Counted from the first letter of the stretch, positions 1 through 12,578 are shown. The stretch is DNA of 59,801 nucleotides from Pelomyxa schiedti (GCA_020536535.1 JAHLWZ010000762.1:1-59801), one strand, 5' to 3'. Program-made: numbers and translations. The notes: a model not told the origin generated them from the letters alone.

Positions 1-605
1 TGTGCTGCTCTGCTCCGCTTTTCGTCAGGTTTGCACCCGCATTGTCTCCCCAGTATTTCCTCACTTCCAATCCCAGGCTTTTTTTTTTTCTTGTTCCCAC
101 ACTCAACTTGTGCTGAAATGGTATTCTGCATTTCCGGTGGGTATGTGACTCCTTCTTTTTTATTTGCTCTGGTCTCACAGATAATATTATTTAGGTGGCA
201 ACTTACTGGTTTTGGAGCAGAGACCTATCACCAATGTACTATCATACCCCCACTCAACAGGTACCAGGGATTTAAGAAGGAATGACGAATTGAGTGCCTG
301 GGGCTTCCACCTTTATGAGCTTTGTGGTGGCATCGCCAATCCACATAGGTGACCATCAAACATCAAAGCACCCAAGGGGCTCATTGCCACTGAGGATGAA
401 CCGGATTGCGGCGGAAGTACCCAGAAAAGTGAAAAACAGTGATGAGACGGTCTTTGCAAAAAAATACACGAAACCAACACTGGCTTCCGGTCGTCCGCTC
501 CAGCAGCCGGACGATTGCCGTCTCACGCCAGGTCGGCTGGCGCCGGCCTTTGGCCCCCCTCTTCCCGCCCCTCCTTTTCTTTATCATCCTGTTACGCGGG
601 TGCCC

Positions 606-3600
606 ATGGGTGGAGGCGGAAGTGGTGGTCGCCCCCAGCAACAGCAACAGCAACAACAACAACAGCAGCAGCAGGCCTGTTGCGGTGTCCGGCAGGAACA
701 GAGAGCACTTCTTGACTTATGCCATAAACTGGGCATGCTATACTCCTCGATTTCATCTAACCCGCAGCTTGAGTGCATCTTGGTATTGCTTTTTCGCTCT
801 ACCGATTTTTTCTTTCTTCACTTATTAATGTACAGACCCCACACCTGATGACAGCCGATTTGAAAGCCATTGAAACCCAGGTTCGACACTGGACCTTCGA
901 GGTTTCCATTATTGGGAGAACAAATGCTGGGAAGTCCACACTGTTAAATGCTCTACTGCGGAAACAAGTACTTCCCTCCTCAGTGCAAGCGCAGACTGGG
1001 CCATGGCTACATATAAGGCATGATGAGTCCCCCAGAGAGCCGACGCTATCTCTAGATAGAGAACTAACACCACAGGAAGAGAAATTGGTGAAACAGGCCT
1101 TTAAGATTGAAGAGATTACTGTAACTGGGTGCTCCAAAATCACTCATCAGTTGCAGCAATTAAATGAAAACTTTCGAAATTGGAAACAAATACCAGATGT
1201 GTTCAACTCTGAGAAGCTTGTCTTACGATGCCCAATCCCTTGCTTCCAAGGGTTGTCGTCTAACACGACGTTTGAGTTTGTTGACACTGCTGGATTCCAC
1301 TGAGAACGGCTTATCCAATTACTCTTTGCGCCGCCTTCTATCAGAAACGTTGCCCCATTCTGCCATTGTTCTTTACCTCTTTGACTACACAGTATTAAAC
1401 GAACCTGGGGAAACGGAGTCTATCAGACAAATTATGAGCCAGCTAAGCAGAACAGTGGACAGCTCCCGAATTTTTCTGGCATTGAACAAAGCTGAGCCTG
1501 TGGCGCCCCTCGACCTCTCAGTTGCTGATGCCAAGCATCTGATTTGTGAAATAGTAAAACCACACTTGCAGTATGAGCCTGAAAAGGTTCTCCACTTGCA
1601 ATGCCTCAATGCATTCAAACGGTTCTGTTTCTTGGAGCAGAACCCCTATCCTAATTGGGTGCGGTTCCACAACAACACAATAAATAGTTATCTCACCCAA
1701 ACAACATTTTCAGGTAAAAGAGCAACTTGCACTGGAGTTTGGAGGAACAATCGGGCAGAAGAGACTTTTAGACAATCCAAATGAGCTCATGAGATATGTC
1801 CTGGCAGATCTTGAAGAACGGAGGGAGATATTCGGGCTCGAGGCCTTGGAGAGAGTGCTGCGCACTTACTATGGCAATCTATCAAAGGACCTCATCTTAA
1901 TGTCATTAAAGGGGATCCTGCAATTGGTTCATCGTGACCACCAGCGCGTTACCGCCATCCACTCACAGTTAAAGGCAATCAACTAAGTTATTTTGAGCAA
2001 TGCTGAGGCTATTGAGCACCAGCTGGACGATTTTCTCTCCAAAGTTACAGCATTGATTACCCAGCAAGAGGTGGAAATTACCAGGAAACTTGATGACAAC
2101 TTAAACACAATTTGCGAATACCTTCAAACCCACGATGTACCAAGTTTGTGTGGGGATAACTTTCTCGCATGTAACAATCAGACAAAACTTAAAAACCTCT
2201 TGCAAGAAGTTATTGCCAAGTATGCAGAGCTTATTGTGCTTCAGTTTCGAACCATTCAAGTAGATATGAAAGACTTTGCAGTCGAGCGCATCAATGAGCT
2301 TTCTCATTCTGCTTCGATTCAGGCAGACCTCGCTGCCAAGTACATCAATGAGAATATTTGCTCGAAAGCGGGCAGATCCGCATTTACACCCACTGACATA
2401 TCCAAACATGATCTTGTTCTTTCTGCAGACTCGTGGCAGGCTCTTTCCAAAGCTATGGTATCCCACAAAGACATAACTTTACAAATTACTGCCGATATTA
2501 GCGTGGAGAAAGTGTGTATGAGGAGCTGGTTTTACTGGTGTGGAAAATTGGCAAGTTCCACAACTAGAATTGATAGCGCAGCCAAAATGAGGGAGTTTCT
2601 TGTTTCGCAGCTGCAGAAAGTGAGGCAAAAGTTCCAAAACAGTTTTATAGATGCCCTTACAAAGTGGAAAGAGCACCTGATCCAGAAGAGTCGGGAACAT
2701 ATCAACATTTTTAGGGCGACAGCTCTGGTCAACACTTCTGAAGAAGTTGATGTTAAACTGGATGAATATGATCGGGCTTTTGAAACCCTTACCTTCCGGA
2801 TATGCACTGTCCTGCAGAAGAGGTTTGGACTCAACAACTGCATCCCAACTGATGTAAGCACACTATCAGAAGCTCTCCCCTCCCCTCCCAATCTCCTACC
2901 CCACACACCATTATTGTCTCGCAGAGACCTCAGATCTCCGTCGAAGTTTTCTGATCATCTCACTTGCCGTGGGCTACTTGGAACTGGAGGTACATCTCTG
3001 GTATTTGAAGTTGAATCCAAAGACTTTCCCGGCAAGAAGTTGGCCCTCAAAGCCACGCCGATGTGCCTGGAAGGAAGGACAACGGCGCAAACTGTGATGA
3101 AGACAAGGATCGGGCATGAGGTTCACATTCTCTCCCTTGTTGGAGAACACCCAAACATCATCCACCTGCTGTCTTCAGGGTGCGACTCTCTCGGAAAGGG
3201 CTTCCTCGATTATATTCTCTCAATAGCACAGTGGTTCAAAGATGAATTTGAACACTCCTCATCCATTTATCTCTCGCTCTACGAGAAGTATGACACGACC
3301 CTGGACTCTGTACCTCCTTCAGTGTTCACACTGAGCACCGCCATTTGTGCCTCCGGCAGTGTTGTCACGCACTCCGGCACCTGAAGTACCGGTTCATTGC
3401 CCACAGGTAATCTTCGGCCCGGTAACTCGAATTCTCACACAAAACACAGAGATATGAAGCTGGCAAACATCATGTTCAACATGAGTGACCGCTCTGTGAG
3501 GCTCATCGACTTTGGCTGTGCCGCCCAAGTCGCAAGCAACTGGGAATCCTCGTTTACGACGACCAACCCTGGGGGAACCCCCAGAGCCTCCCGCCGGAAT

Positions 3601-3863
3601 TACACCAAGCCATCAACACCAGGCGGACCGGGAGCCCGCTGATCATCAACTATGACAAGTGCGACCTGTATGCGCTCGCCATTGCGTTCTACAACCTTGT
3701 GGGGACCAACCCGGCAATGGAGTACCAGTCCAGCACCACGAGGCCTCCCCTCAAACCTCAGTTCTCGTGCCTTGGCGGCGTGCTGACCGGGATGTCACTG
3801 TGCAAGAAGGACGAGAGGTTGTCTGTGGATGACACCATCAGGTCATTAGCGACCCTGCTTTAG
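606..3863 (+). CDS. Dynamin/BDLP/mitofusin-like GTPase - helical stalk - PINK1-like Ser/Thr kinase fusion (multi-exon; disrupted as assembled)
   Basis: Starts MGGGGS (myristoylation-like) followed by polyQ. G1 IIGRTNAGKSTLLNALL (~908-960), G3 FVDTAG (~1277-1294), G4 LNKAE (~1482). Kinase motifs: LLGTGGTSLVF, LALK, HPNII, HR|DMKLAN (intron ~3407-3449), IDFG, KCDLYALA; TAG at 3861-3863. Introns ~783-833 and ~1659-1713. Frameshifts at ~1297, ~3345 and ~3580; in-frame TAA at 1984-1986. Confidence 0.85.
637..673 (+). repeat. CAG/CAA microsatellite (polyQ)
   Basis: (cag/caa)n read directly in the sequence. Confidence 0.95.
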
Positions 3864-4401
3864 AATGGAAGACCCAAAACATACGGCTGTGACATTATGT
3901 TCTTGCTACTGTGTGGTATCAAAACTTCAATTTATTTTCCTTTTTTGCAAAAAACCAAAAAAACCGAATCTAACGAAGATGATGCCCGCGACGTCATGAC
4001 GACAACGAGTACGGTGGTGAGAGCGACGACCACGGCGTGATACATAGCACATTACTGAAGCTATCTGGCCACAAGAGGGTATTTTGGGGACGGAGGCCGC
4101 TTCACGTGGGTTGTCAGACGGGCTACTTAAAGGTGTTGCTTCAAGTGAGTGATGTAAACTGCAAGGCTTTAATAGGCGACCTCACTTTGGCAATAACAAA
4201 CAGTGTGCTTTACTGTTTGGGGTGACGAAGGAGCATCGATGGAGAGCTGGAAATCTTGCTTCTTCAATAGAGCTCAATGGAGGATGAAGATGAACTGGCG
4301 AAGCGCGCTTCTTCAATTTCATCACTTCGGGAGAAGCACAAGCAGATTTTAGGGGAACACGACGTGCGACCGTTGAACATGCACCCGAACAAAAGAAAAA
4401 G

Positions 4402-5615
4402 ATGACGACGGTCGACGCCCCGCACGCACGGCAGCAACTCCTCGCTCTGGCGATTGTGCGGCGCCTCGAGCCCCGCGCGCCACTTCGTCTGCCAGTCGGC
4501 GCTGGCCACTGGCGCCATTGTGGGACCTGTGCCTGCGCGACACCGAGGTCGTGTTCGGCTTCCTCGAGCTCCAGAAGGACAACCGCTGGGCCAGGTACTG
4601 CACGCTAGCCCTGTCGTCGGCCCTGTCGAGCGTCACGAGGGGCGCCAAGTTCCTCGGCTCGTGGAGCACGATGTTCGTGCGGCCGCACCCCGCCTGCCCG
4701 ATCGCGGTCGACCCGGCCCAAGCTGTCGTCTCCACCCTCGACCACGACGAGAAGTTCTCGCTGCTGAACATGGCGGCCCAGAGGTACCACCACGTCTTGC
4801 TGAGCGAGGTGAATGGCCGGCTGTACCATTATGGGAACTCGAGGTGGTGGGTGCACTGCCCCAGATCTGGCGACGCCATGTTCGTCGTCGACTTGATGTC
4901 ACAGCCAGAAGGGCTGCTGTACTACGACAAGCTGTTTCACCACACCAAGGTCGATCTTCCTCGTCAACTGGGGGAAGTCCTGGGCCTGATGGACGAGGAC
5001 ATCGAGTTCATGGGGATAAGCTTCAGCAAACTGAACCCTGACAAGGCAGTGGCGATGGCAATTGTGGGTGGCAGGTTTCCATTTCCAGTCCTTCTTCGGA
5101 TTGATGTCAGGAACACCCACTCGACTGGGAAACTTGAGCCTGTTTTGAGCCTGACAAAATGCCAGGTGGAGAGAAGATTCATATTGTCCACCCTTGTGAT
5201 GAGGAAAGCCAATGGTGACCACACATTTATCTGCCAATTTCCTGATGATGCAACTTCTGAGACTGTGTATGAAGTTGTAGAATGTGTGGGCACTTCAAAG
5301 CTAATCTCCGGCGATGTGCAGTGCTTGTTACAGTTGACAGCCTCCTTATTTTGTATCTTGAAAGCTGACCAGACTTTTGAGGTATGGGATTGCAGCAGCA
5401 TTGATGGGGGTGGGGCAAAACCACTGAGGGTCATTGTTCTGCAGCCCAGTGGTGCAAGCACTTTGTGCAACTCTCTTGCCATTGGGCAGTCTGGTTTCAT
5501 CTTCTTCAAGCAGAGGACAAAGAAGACTGTGGACTTGACTGATGTCACTGGAATCCGTATTGGTACCATCTTTTTCCAAAAAGAGTTTGATTACTTCACT
5601 GTCACCGCCTTCTGA
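4402..5615 (+). CDS. Lineage-specific expanded-family protein (beta-rich C-terminus); 5' end frameshifted
   Basis: 365-aa open frame at 4518-5615. The N-terminal motif ARQQLLALA / CGASSPAR / LWD is split over three frames. A related N-terminus occurs at 32449. Confidence 0.65.
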
Positions 5616-6559
5616 TGATAACATATCTTTGAGTTGGATAGCACAACAGAACGGCTTTCCTAAACTACGAAGCTATGCTCTTTGATTCCAACAAACAATC
5701 TCTAGAGGTGCCTTGCTCCAGTTTTGGATGAGACAACTGAGTCTGAGAGGACGCAATCATAAACCAAGGTTTGTTTTGTTTCCTAAGACAAGGGAACGTG
5801 CTACAGGCAATCGAGACTCTGAGTTTGATACATGCAAGCTAATGAAAAACGCAACACAGAAGACAAAAGAGAGTGAAAACTGCAAACTTCTCCATCCCCA
5901 GATAACAGCTACTACTGCAACAAACTCCCAATGCCAGCTCCACTATATATATATACTGGACAGTTGAATTTCACAGTGCGATTCCCTATTAAATTCAACT
6001 CTCTTTCACATAGCCTGTTGCCAACCACCTACTCTCCCATTTCCGGGATCTGCTCTACAATTATCAATACCTTCCATCCATGGATTTATACTTTACAACC
6101 ATTGTGCAAATTCTTGCCAGGTATTGTATGGCACTCTTCATTCCCATGATAATGGCACCGGAGGATGTATGCTGACTGTGCCAGAAATATTCTTCTGTGC
6201 TATCTTGCCAGTGGCTCGCATTTTGCCATGTCTATACCCAATGGCTTGCTGGGTAGTATTACTATTAATACTGAATGTAAATATGCATGCTCTCTCAAAG
6301 CCAGGATCCTGCTGGAACTGTACATTTTTGAGCACGATTCTGGTTTTGAGGGAAACAAAAAGCCTCAAATGGTTATCTGGCACACCTGCTGGTCGAAATG
6401 GTTACTGGACGTTGTATGCGGGACTTTCATAATTCCGTACTAATGCCCTTTTAAAAAGTATGGTGCCAGTGCACCGGAAATATCCGCTTCACTGCCGAGA
6501 ATATCACTGAGTAATCAAATTCTAGGCTAAACACATCATTGTAACAAACGACTCAGAGA

Positions 6560-7050
6560 AAGTACCAACATCTGTACCTGAATGCTCTGAGACATGGTGG
6601 AGGTTCTTCTCCAAGAAACATGCACTGGCTTAAAAGTGTATTCATTGGTATTTAAAAACTGTTTTTTCTCTAATTCCTTAATTATTAAAGAAAGGAAGCC
6701 CAAAACCTGTTTCTTTCACAGAGATGATGGCTGAACACATCACCTTAATGCTTGCTGTATCTGCTAATGGAGAGAGTGTTCCACCACTAGTTATACTGCC
6801 TTTGAAGAACTTCTCCATTGGATCCTTGTGTCACTGAGTATATGGCATTTGCTGGGCAAGAGGCACAGGATGGATAACAGAGATTTTGGGTCAATGGGTA
6901 AAAACTGTTTTGGACCCATTCCTACAGAAGCAACAAGAAATATTACCCCCAGACCAACATCAAGCTCTGTTGATCCTAGATGGCCACTCATCACACAATT
7001 CCCCAGATTTATTACAGTGGCTTTTGGAAGAGGCTCACATGTGTTAATAA
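6560..7050 (+). mobile_element. Decayed pogo/Tigger-like (DDE_1, CENP-B-type) transposase
   Basis: SETWWRFFSKKH (CENP-B HTH-like, ~6584-6620), EHITLMLAVSANGESVPPLVILP (6734-6802) and ALLILDGHSSHNS (~6964-7000) are hallmark DDE_1 motifs. Interrupted by indels; no TIRs found. Confidence 0.8.
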
Positions 7051-7798
7051 AGAATTTAAAACTCAGTTGAAAAAACAGTATTGGTTTCTCTTATTCAATC
7101 ATTAATAATGCAACTTGGATAGAAGTATTACTTGTCTAACCATCAAGTGAAAGACTCTTCTATTATGGGCCTGTTTTGCCTTAAAAGCAACATTATTACA
7201 GGATATCATTCAAGATGGCTGGAGGAGGTCTGGATTGTTTCCTCTCAACAGAGATGCTTGGAAACAGAAACCACAAGGGGTTCAAGAACCAACTACTTCA
7301 ACTTCAATCACAGTTCCACCACAAAAGACCCCAAAAATCAGAATCAGCAATGCTGTAATCACCCCAGAATTAATTACCCAATTGAGAGCTCAACAAAAAG
7401 CCCAACAGAAAAAGAAAGACCGACAGCCATCAAATTACCAGAACCCGACGGTACCGACTTGGTTTTAAAATTAAAACAATCAACAGACCGGAACGCTGTC
7501 ATTTTCGTTCTCGTCGCTCAGGATCGGCGGTCTGGTGTTTTTTTTATTCAGCCAAGTCTTGGGTTTAAAATTCCGACTCGCTTTTTTTTTTCCGGGTTTT
7601 AGTTTTGTGTCTCGGTTTTTAAGGCTACTCTAAGTGCACTTGGGGATTTCCAACAGCGAGGGAAGTTGCCCTGTTTGGACCGGACTTCTTTCTATGGAGC
7701 CTCGTTGGAATTTGAATTGAAAGAAAAACAATAAGTGGGTGCCACTTTCTCCTCTGCTTAACTTGATCCACCAGGCCAACATCAGGGGATTTGCGACA

Positions 7799-9720
7799 AT
7801 GGCCGACGACAAGATCCCGAGTGCGGATATGTTGTCCAGTGTACCGCCTAGTGTGTTTACGTCTGGGTTCGCACAACAACCACCGCAATTCGACATGCTC
7901 GCCAGCGTACCCGCGGTTATGTTGGCTAGTATTCCCCCGAAAGCGCCCGCTGAAATGCTGGCTAGTATCCCGCCGGCTAATATGTTGGCGAGTATCCCGC
8001 CGGCGGCTATGTTGGCGCCAGTTCTTCAGCCAACCTCGGGCCTTTATCCAGAGCCAACTCCGGGCTTCAATTCAGTTGGTCCGGAGCTTACACAAACGGA
8101 CTCCTCCGTCGAAGAATCCAAGCCACGAAGCAGCTTGACGCCATCGATGGCTTCTTTCATTGCTCCTTCGGCAATCCGCGAAGTTGGTAGCGCCCTGGGA
8201 AATTGGACTTCGGTTCCCGAACTCGCCCCAACAACACCGGCACCCACACTAAGCGAGACTACCGCGACTTCCGAACCACTGGCTATACCCGAGTCGGATC
8301 TGAGACAGCGGAAAATTGTTCCCCGAGTTTGTTTGGTGAAAACGACAGAAGAATGGAATGAGAGTGGTCAAGCAGCACTGCACGGTGAAGGAGGTGGTGG
8401 CATTGCCATCAGGAGCAACAACGTTGGGAAACAAGTGAGAAACCAGGAAATCACTGGAAAACAGCATCAGCTGCGTGGTACCCCACAACCATTCTAATAT
8501 AAAATCCTAACACTGTACACACATGGTGTTCAAAAGAAATCAGGGAACTGAATGCACGAATCACACAATTGGAGGATGATGAAAGAAAACGCAGTAAAGT
8601 TGAGCAACAAAGATTTGAAGAAATGAAACGATTCTATGAAGAGAGAGAAACTGACAACCAAAAGAGATTTCAAGAACTGCAACAACTCTGTTTGTGCTAT
8701 CCTCCTTTCGAGCTTTTCTTTTGTCTTTTTTCTTACACCGTTCTTCTCATGGCAGTTAATCAGGCGAAACAGAAATCAGAAGTGTGTGTTTATGTTTGTT
8801 TGATGTGTGCCTCATAATAATAATGATAATTTCTGATAACGCTATCCTCACAGATGGAACTCCAAAGGTTGCAAGAGAAAAACTTGTTGGTCCTGACAGC
8901 AAAGAACAAGGGTTTTATTTCTCTTTTTTTCACCTTCCAGAGATTGAACTCAATCCTCCCCCACCCCATTTCCCAAACAGAGCTCATGGAACTGGAGGCA
9001 CACATAACAACATTGGAGGAAGAAAGTGCAAATAACCTGAAGATATTTTGTGATGAAAGAGCACTTGAACAAAAAATATTTCGTGATCTCCAACACCGTA
9101 TGTGCCAGTCAACACACTCCCTTTCTCTTCACACACATAACACAATGGCAGACACAAATCACATGATGTCACATGTTGAACAAGGAGAAGGCGGCATGTG
9201 GTGCAACATTCTTCCTGAAAACAACAACTGCCAGCAGTTGCAACTCAGGATTGTGTTTGAGGATCAGCCCTCTTTTGATGAAATTGTGTGCGCCTTCTGT
9301 CCTCTTCAAATGGTATGTGACTGTGTTTGTGTTCCTCCCTTGAAGTAATTCCCCAATTTCTAGTTGTTTCTTGCTTGCTTGTTGTTTCTCACTGGTTGGC
9401 TGGTGCATGAACATAAACAAGCAAACCAACGAACGAACACAGGTTGTGAAGCTCATCATCTCAAGGAAGTTTGGAACAGAACCAGCTCAACAACTCATTT
9501 TCATTGTTGGTTCAGGAAACAACAACTCCGAGGAACTGCTGATGGATTCATCCATAACCTTGGATGACATTCAAAAACGACAACAAGGCAACAGCACAAG
9601 CAGAGCTGTTGTTCAAATCAAGGTTCGAATCAAATCAAGCATGACAATACAAGAGAAAGACCTGAAAGTTGTTTCCACACTTGGAGTTGGATCTTATGGA
9701 ACTGTTTTCAGGTGCACCTT
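7799..9720 (+). CDS. MLASIPP-repeat / coiled-coil / ubiquitin-like-domain protein ending in a truncated kinase (subdomain I only)
   Basis: Spliced exons homologous to 24650-25110 (SFDEIVC..CPL.M; SEELL.D; DLKVVSTLGVGSYGTVF.C). Kinase homology stops after GSYGTVFRC at ~9715. Confidence 0.7.
7826..8020 (+). repeat. Coding tandem repeat MLAS(I/V)PP, about 6 copies
   Basis: atg(c/t)tggc(t/g)agtat(t/c)cc units visible in the sequence. Confidence 0.85.
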
Positions 9721-11890
9721 GTTCCTTCACAACGTGGCCACATCCTCTTCCTCATCATCATGCTGTTGTAACTATTTCCAAGGGTTGTGACGTGGAACCA
9801 GGTACTTTGGAGTTGCTGCTTCAGCCGGTTACAAGTGTGGATACACTCACGAGCATGATTATTGCAAAACTTGTGATTCCCAACGCATTCCAGGAGTTGG
9901 CTGACGTTATACAAGGCGGGTGGTCGTCGCCTTATGTGGCTGGTGTTCTGGCTCGATGCGACGGTGCCTGGCCCACGCCAAGTGGAAAAGATTTCAATGG
10001 GATGGCAGCGCTATTTATGTTTGTTTTTTCTGAAGCAATCAAAGCGATTCCTGGGGGGAAATTTGTGCACTACTTCACTCCATTGAAAATGACTAGTAGT
10101 GACAAGGAGGACCTGCCTTTAGTTACTGAGATGGCTGGTGCCAATGGCATTCCTGTTCCTAGAGATTCTGTGGACTTGGATTCATTGGATCTGGGATGGC
10201 TCCCCAAACTTCAAGCCGCGAAGCTCTCTGTCAAGGATTTCCGTTACAAGTATGATGATGTGCGCAATGAGTTCGTTGACATTATTGAGGCGTTTTATCT
10301 TACACTGGCCCTTGCCCTTGAGGGACGAGTACTATCAGTCCCAGAACCAGAAAGCCCTTTGAAAACTAGTGCTACTAGTACCGTTCAACAGCAACCGGCA
10401 AGACCATCAAAATTAGCTCCAAAGCCACCTACCATTATTAACAATGCTCCCCGCATATCATTGCAGATGGAGACAATCCAGAGGGCAATGGCGGAATTAG
10501 CACAGGAAGAAGAAGAAGAAGAAGAAGATCTTCGCAAATGTAAAGCCGCGGAAAACACACAACAAACTACAGAACCTCATTCCATAACAACTGCCAGTGC
10601 AGAAGGATCGACCCATTCAACTACAGTGACATCAACAGAACAGCAACCACCCCTGCTAGAACAACTGCAACCATTTCTGATTCAGACAGCCGATGTTGAT
10701 CAAGTGTGCTCCTGGCTTGGATCTGTTGGTGCAGATGACGACTGTCTCAAGTCCATTAGGGTAAACAAACTGCGGGGGAGAACACTTGCCAATTGCACCA
10801 AAGAACAGCTGTGTAACCTTGGCTTTGCATTTGGAGATGCTGCTTTTGTTGTGGAAGAAGTACAATCGCACTTGGAGAGCCAGAGACAACCACAACAAAT
10901 CAGGTTCACTTGATTCAAATTCTTTTTCCTGTAAATAATGGTGCTATTTACCAGTACCGATATAGAGGCTACAAAAGACATGCAACCACAGCTAATGGGT
11001 CTCTCTTTTGAATTTCTTTGTCAAAGCTCACCCCATCTGCAGGAGCAAGATCCCTGTGCGAAATGAACTATAAGTGTTTCGCATTTATTGTTGGAAATGA
11101 AGCTTATGGGCAGTTTTCCCTCAGAAATACTATCAATGATGCGGACTCGGTTTCAAAGGTTACATTCTTTTTTGCAAACACACACACTCAATTCTTGCTG
11201 ACAGTTCTTGAGGACAACATGCCGGTTCGAAGTTGTTTGTCAAAAAAACATCCCCAATCTCCAAGAGTTTGCGACAAACCTGGAGTTATTTAAATCAACA
11301 CTGAAAGAACAAAAGAAGGCAGGAAACAAGGTCCATTTCGTTTCTTTCCTCCAATTCGCACTTACCCATTAATCAGGTTGCGAGTGTATTTTACTTTGCC
11401 GGACATGGCAGGCAGCTTAAAGGGCACAACTTCCTTCTTATGACCGCCACAGAATCGGCATTCACTGAAACCAAGTTTGACCTCCTGAAATACAATACTC
11501 CAATGCTCGGCGCCGTTCTGGACGGAATCCAGAAGCATTCTGACCTTACAATTGGGATACTCGACGCTTGCCGCGAAGCTGATCCCAACGACTCTGATGA
11601 ATTCCGGGTATTTCCCCAGAGTTCCGAATCGCTCACAATCATAAAAAAAGCCTCATGTGGGCCATTTGACTGACACAATAACAGACACGTGGATTTGGTC
11701 CAACTGGACAACGGCTAACAAAGGAGGATTTTCCAGCAGGATGCATTGTAATTTACCCAACAAGCCCCGGTTCCTATTCCCGTTTCATTTTTAAAAATTA
11801 ACAGCCCTTAAATAGGGAAGACAACATTGTATGCGTGTAAATTGCCAAACAGAAGAAACAATGGATTCTTCACTGGGTGCTTCCTTGAAG
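9720..11890 (+). CDS. Unknown domain - SAM - caspase-like (C14, paracaspase-type) protease, copy A; last exon not found
   Basis: SAM: DVDQVCSWLGSVG...LRGRTLANCTKEQLCNLGFAFGD (~10690-10875). Protease exons: FAFIVGNEAY..LRNTINDA, FYFAGHG (His 11404-11406), ILDACR (Cys 11569-11571), NGFFTGCFLE. The Q-x-PW exon seen in copy B is absent. Confidence 0.85.
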
Positions 11891-12578
11891 GTGGGTTCAT
11901 TTTGTTTCGCTTCTTCTGTGTGTTTTCCCATCTTGTGGCTGGCATTAATGTTGGGATGGAGTTTGGGTGCTGGTTAAGTGGGTTTTGTTTCTTGTTTTTT
12001 TTTTAAAATTTTTTGTTGTGTGTTGTGATCAAGCAAGTAGTTTGGGCTTACAGGTTAATGACAGGGGCCACAGAAATCACCAAAAATCAAGGCAAAGTGA
12101 AACGCAAAGCTGTTCTTCACCCAGCACTTTGGGCAAATGAACAAGGGACCAACCAACAGGAGTCATTTGCGGAAACCAAGTGCATTGTGAGTAGACAGGA
12201 GCAAACATAACTCATTGCCAACCATTCAGTGAATTTACATCCCAGAGGCCAAAGCAAGAGAGACAATGAGAAATTATGAAGGAAAGAAGCTCTATACTCG
12301 AGGAAAGAAATCAAAATGGAGTGAAACGAAAGCAAGCACAACGGACATTACCAAGCAATAATGGAATCATTGGCGGATTAACACTCATATTAACTTCAAA
12401 AAAAAAAAAATGCACCAAGCAGCAACGCACATACATATCCGCGATATCGACGCTGTCTCGGCACCATCAGCCCGTCAACTCAACGCACCATCCACGTACC
12501 AACGCCGCCGAGCGACGTGCGTTTTTACGAGTGACCGGCGATTTACCGCTAATTGAAAACATCGCTTATCGATAGCGC

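Noticed and set aside
1290-3600. Euplotes-style programmed frameshifting at stop codons (e.g. CAC-TGA-G at 1298-1304)
   Set aside because: The other shifts (~3345, ~3580) lie well upstream of the stop by homology and sit in T or C homopolymers, consistent with indel errors or decay.
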